Virus record (IMG/VR): IMGVR_UViG_3300045988_124156
Reading direction: 5' to 3' (one strand)
Length of the DNA stretch: 44,135 nt
DNA from: a virus
Positions 41,040 to 44,135 of the stretch are shown in pieces. Both the position numbers and the translations under genes were made by a program. The notes below the pieces were generated by a model. The model saw only the letters and a list, made by a program, of their open reading frames with translations, had not been told where the DNA came from and made no database searches. Each line of letters begins with the position of its first letter. Position 1 is the first letter of the stretch.

Positions 41040-42188
41040 ATGCAATGGACAGATGAACAGATCGGTGACATTAGGAAGCTCGCCTCTGAAGGCTTTACCA
41101 GACGCGAGACAGCTGACAAGCTCGGGATTAGCTATGACGCGCTTCAGGGAAAAGCAAAACGGCTTGGCATCGAGTTCCAAAAACCAGTCAAGAATGAATA
41201 CGATTCAGACGGAACACAATCCAGTGAAACCATTCTAAAGGTTGTCAGGGGTCACAAAATGACGCCTAGAGAGGTTTTGGAAGCTCACGGGTACGATTAC
41301 ACCAAGTGGGAGCTTGTACGTGCCACAAGCAATTTTTGGAAGCAGACGCCTGAAGCGACATTGTATCAAAGCAAGATACAAATCAGGCCGCTAGTTGAAG
41401 CAGAACAATATGAATCACTGATGAATGACATCATCACACACAAGGAGCCGTATCAAGCTAAGGCTCCTATTTTTGTGGAATCAGATCGCTATTTGGTCAT
41501 TCCTGCTTTTGATACACATTTCAACGGCCACACATTCGACCTCTATGCTGAATCACTTAAACGGCAACTAGAGATCATTCAACGCGGCCACTACGCCAAA
41601 ATATTGTTCATTCTGGGCGGTGATCTTGCTCATGTGGATAATATCAACTCGACCACAGCAAAGGGCACACAGCTCGAAACAACTGACCTAGGCGAGACTG
41701 TGAACGAAATGGAGCAATACTTCGAGACACTGATTGAAGCAATCATTAAGAATGCCAATGAGTGTGAGGTCATGTATGCGCCAGGTAACCACGACCCGTC
41801 AGTTGGATATATGTTTGCACGTCTATTGAAACGTGCCTACAGCAACCAGTCGAACATCACTTGGGATATATCACTGAAGCATTACAAAGGCACAATGTTA
41901 GGCCATAACTTCATTGGCGCCACTCATGGTGATAAAGGTAAGAACAACTACCTTGCAAAATATCTTGATGAGTTCGGCTTCATGTTAGGCACAGCACAGA
42001 ATCGCGAACTGTTCACGGGGCATCTCCATTCAGAGATGAGCAAAGACCTAGGCGGATTCGTTCAGCGTCAAGTATCGACGAGAAAACCTAATGACCGCTG
42101 GACTGATGACCTCGGGGTTGTTGCTCACAAAACGTTCGAATTGGTCGAATATTCGGACCACGAGACGAGGGCGATCTATTATGTCTAG
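41040..42188 (+). CDS. calcineurin-like metallophosphoesterase with N-terminal HTH-like domain
   Basis: Motifs AFDTHF, GGDLAH, GNHD, GATHGD, GHLHSE in canonical order. N terminus IRKLASEGFTRRETADKLGISYDALQGKAKRLG. Confidence 0.75.
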   Translation: MQWTDEQIGDIRKLASEGFTRRETADKLGISYDALQGKAKRLGIEFQKPVKNEYDSDGTQSSETILKVVRGHKMTPREVLEAHGYDYTKWELVRATSNFWKQTPEATLYQSKIQIRPLVEAEQYESLMNDIITHKEPYQAKAPIFVESDRYLVIPAFDTHFNGHTFDLYAESLKRQLEIIQRGHYAKILFILGGDLAHVDNINSTTAKGTQLETTDLGETVNEMEQYFETLIEAIIKNANECEVMYAPGNHDPSVGYMFARLLKRAYSNQSNITWDISLKHYKGTMLGHNFIGATHGDKGKNNYLAKYLDEFGFMLGTAQNRELFTGHLHSEMSKDLGGFVQRQVSTRKPNDRWTDDLGVVAHKTFELVEYSDHETRAIYYV

Positions 42189-42570
42189 CGGAATGAAACG
42201 TGTCGGATACGGATATGTAAGCCGAACAGAGCAATCAATCATTGAGAAATTATCGAGAGAAGAGAAACGCATGCACCATAAAGAAAAGCTTGAGGTACCA
42301 CCATTTACTGGCAAACTTGATGAAGCTAATGGACACTATGCAATTGTATTTACGAAGCCTGATTGCAGTAAGTGCCGTCAAACGATTCGGATGCTATCAC
42401 GTTCAATCATGGTAAACCACTATCAAGCTGATGAGACAGCGATTGAATACTTTAAACGTATGGGCATACGCTCTATGCCAGTCGTATTTATCTTTGACCA
42501 CTACGACATCACAGATGAATGGTGCGACTTGCGGGTTGACAAGATCAAACAATACACGGAGGCAATTTAG
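42181..42570 (+). CDS. glutaredoxin/NrdH-like thioredoxin-fold protein (start uncertain)
   Basis: FTKPDCSKCRQT CxxC motif and ...MPVVFI... beta strand. ATG 42181 overlaps the upstream stop; later ATGs are possible. Confidence 0.6.
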   Translation: MSSGMKRVGYGYVSRTEQSIIEKLSREEKRMHHKEKLEVPPFTGKLDEANGHYAIVFTKPDCSKCRQTIRMLSRSIMVNHYQADETAIEYFKRMGIRSMPVVFIFDHYDITDEWCDLRVDKIKQYTEAI

Positions 42571-42571
42571 C

Positions 42572-42748
42572 ATGTGCAATTTCCTATTACTGCTCACACT
42601 AATATTCGTGCTGGCCAAGCTATTCGGCTTGATCGCATGGAGTTGGCTGCTAGTATTCGCGCCACTAATAGTGATGATTGCTTTACTGGCGTTGTTTATC
42701 GGATTGGGTATCGCCCTCAGATTACATGAGAAGGGTAAACATGACTAA
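42572..42748 (+). CDS. 58-aa membrane protein (2 TM)
   Basis: ATG after ACGGAGG; MCNFLLLLTLIFVLAKLFGLIAWSWLLVFAPLIVMIALLALFIGLGIALRLHEKGKHD. Confidence 0.5.
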   Translation: MCNFLLLLTLIFVLAKLFGLIAWSWLLVFAPLIVMIALLALFIGLGIALRLHEKGKHD

Positions 42749-42771
42749 CACATCGTATACGGGAGATGCCC

Positions 42772-43566
42772 ATGCCAAGTAAGAAGCTCGCCTTTATAGA
42801 TGGAAGACCACAATTGGTTGATGCCAATGCTCGTGTTAGATCGGAGGCGGATAGGCAGTACAACCGTGTGCGAAATGAGCAGCAGTCTGACTACCTTAAG
42901 TTCTATCACAGTAATGAATGGAAGCAGCTACGTGATCAGATATTGATTAGAGACAACAGTTTATGCCAACGCTGTGGCTTGCAAGCCTCATTGGTTGATC
43001 ATATTGTTCCAAGCGAAGATGACTGGGAAGACCGCACGAACGCGGATAATCTGCAGGCTTTATGCAGGGACTGCCACTATTGGAAGACGAGACGTGAGAC
43101 AACCAAGCGTAAGAAGGGACAGCATCGAGCCATGAAGATTACAGTAATCGTTGGCTATCCAGCAAGTGGTAAGTCAACGTACGTCAAGCGGCATCAAGGA
43201 CAGCATGACCTCGTCTATGATTACGACCATATCATGACGGCGTTAACAGGCCTGCCATTACATCAGGGCAATATAGACGCCAATGATTATGTGCAGCTAA
43301 TCTATGAGCTGATACTGCGGAAGCTTAAAGCAGAGCAGTCCTTTGACCATGTGTGGTTAGTCATGACATATCCAGATGAGAAGCTAGACTCGTTGCTTGC
43401 TAGTCGAGATGTCGAACACATAATCATTGACACTGATCGTGACACATGCATGCAGAGACTATCCAAGCAAGGTCGAGATGTGAGTCAACTCATCAAAGCG
43501 ATGAACAAACTTGACGAAATGAAATCAGAAAACAAATTTGCAAAATTCAAGAAAATAAAAAATTAA
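42772..43566 (+). CDS. HNH endonuclease fused to a P-loop kinase/NTPase-like domain
   Basis: HNH part: CQRCG...DHIVP...NLQALCRDCHYWKT. C-terminal part: ITVIVGYPASGKSTYVKR Walker A plus DHVWLVMTYPD. Immediately upstream of terS. Confidence 0.75.
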   Translation: MPSKKLAFIDGRPQLVDANARVRSEADRQYNRVRNEQQSDYLKFYHSNEWKQLRDQILIRDNSLCQRCGLQASLVDHIVPSEDDWEDRTNADNLQALCRDCHYWKTRRETTKRKKGQHRAMKITVIVGYPASGKSTYVKRHQGQHDLVYDYDHIMTALTGLPLHQGNIDANDYVQLIYELILRKLKAEQSFDHVWLVMTYPDEKLDSLLASRDVEHIIIDTDRDTCMQRLSKQGRDVSQLIKAMNKLDEMKSENKFAKFKKIKN

Positions 43567-43766
43567 AAAACAAATTTTCGACAATTCATCGGGCGACTAC
43601 ACGGGCTGGAAACGGCTATACCCCCCTTCCATTTTTATCGGGGGTTACATTTCTTGGAACAGAAGAACGGTCGGCCTCTTTTTTGCATCCCAAATTGTAA
43701 CGATTTTTAAGGCGGCAGGGGTAAACGCAGCCCATTTTATATAGATATTAGGAGGTGAAGTGGGAA
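43567..43766. other. probable cos / packaging-recognition region
   Basis: 200-bp non-coding gap between HNH and terS with inverted repeats (ACCCCC...GGGGGT 43620..43645; TTCTT...AAGAA 43651..43667). The cleavage site is not identifiable from sequence alone. Confidence 0.4.
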
Positions 43767-44135
43767 ATGGCTGGAAAATACAAAGTGTTGCAAATGTCGA
43801 AGGGCGATTTGACCAAAGAACGGCAGGAAGCCAAACTACATGCGGAATTGATGGCCAAAGATGGCATTCCAAAACTTCAGGTAACACCGCCTAATCATCT
43901 TGACCCAGTCGCAAAACAAGAATACAAGCGAATCATCGAGTCTTTGGGGACCTTACCACTTAGAAACCTCGATCGCGCCGAGTTGGAAAACTATTGTACA
44001 TGGTATTCGGTTTACAAAAACACATCGGTCAACATGAAATTGGCTTTAAAGAATGGAGATCAAGATGAATATTATGCGTACATTAACATCTTGAATAAAG
44101 CCACAGCAAATATTAAAAGTCTAGCCAGTGATCTT
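43767..44135 (+). CDS. terS: terminase small subunit (P27-like), N-terminal part; continues at 2..142
   Basis: ATG after AGGAGGTG; MAGKYKVLQMSKGDLTKERQEAKLHAELMAKDGIPKLQVTPPNHLDPVAKQEYKRII...; runs off the window end in frame. Confidence 0.85.
   Translation, partial: MAGKYKVLQMSKGDLTKERQEAKLHAELMAKDGIPKLQVTPPNHLDPVAKQEYKRIIESLGTLPLRNLDRAELENYCTWYSVYKNTSVNMKLALKNGDQDEYYAYINILNKATANIKSLASDL
44081..44135. repeat. terminal direct repeat, identical to 1..55
   Basis: Exact 55-bp identity with the window start. Confidence 0.95.

Noticed and set aside
43645-43887. 80-aa minus-strand ORF across the cos region and the terS start
   Set aside because: It is antisense to the terS RBS and start, has no RBS of its own, and has no recognisable features.
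1-44135. CRISPR arrays, rRNA genes, IS or transposase genes, reverse transcriptase (retron/DGR)
   Set aside because: No regularly spaced direct repeats with unique spacers were seen. No rRNA-like segments, transposase signatures or RT motifs were seen in any listed ORF.

Overview
The window is a complete, circularly closed temperate siphovirus genome. It has about 44,080 bp of unique sequence, and bases 1..55 repeat at 44081..44135, which splits the small terminase gene across the window ends. Gene content and recoding signals resemble Lactobacillus/Lacticaseibacillus casei-group phages such as A2. Gene order: terS, terL, portal, prohead protease, HK97-type capsid (with a CCCAAAA -1 frameshift into an Ig-like domain), connectors, major tail protein, G/GT chaperone, 1624-aa tape measure, enlarged Dit, Tal with collagen-like repeats, holin/GH25 lysin. 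Then an AT-rich moron (Doc-like protein), the attP region, integrase (minus strand), lysogen-expressed cargo, the cI/cro switch and an antirepressor. Next a replication/recombination module (Gp157, AAA_24/Sak4-like, SF2 helicase, AP2, DUF669 SSB-like, primase-helicase), ori iterons, VRR-NUC, two C5 cytosine methyltransferases, YopX, an HTH protein and ArpU. Finally three tandem tRNA-like genes, a second AT-rich cassette, a 480-nt hairpin-dense leader, metallophosphoesterase/NrdH-like/HNH genes and the cos region. Strongest leads: (1) the three tRNA-like genes have canonical acceptor and T arms but aberrant anticodon regions. (2) Both methyltransferase genes carry long +1-frame ORFs that encode recognisable methyltransferase-type sequence boxes on the same nucleotides as main-frame motifs. 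(3) A Doc/Fic-like moron has Gln in place of the catalytic His and sits beside a 57-aa partner ORF. (4) An AT-rich cassette encodes a membrane protein plus a 31-aa hydrophobic peptide. (5) The major tail gene carries a fossil copy of the capsid recoding signal. (6) There are orphan structured-RNA candidates next to attP and upstream of the late genes. No CRISPR array, rRNA, transposase or reverse transcriptase was seen. All family assignments come from motif reading only; no searches were run.
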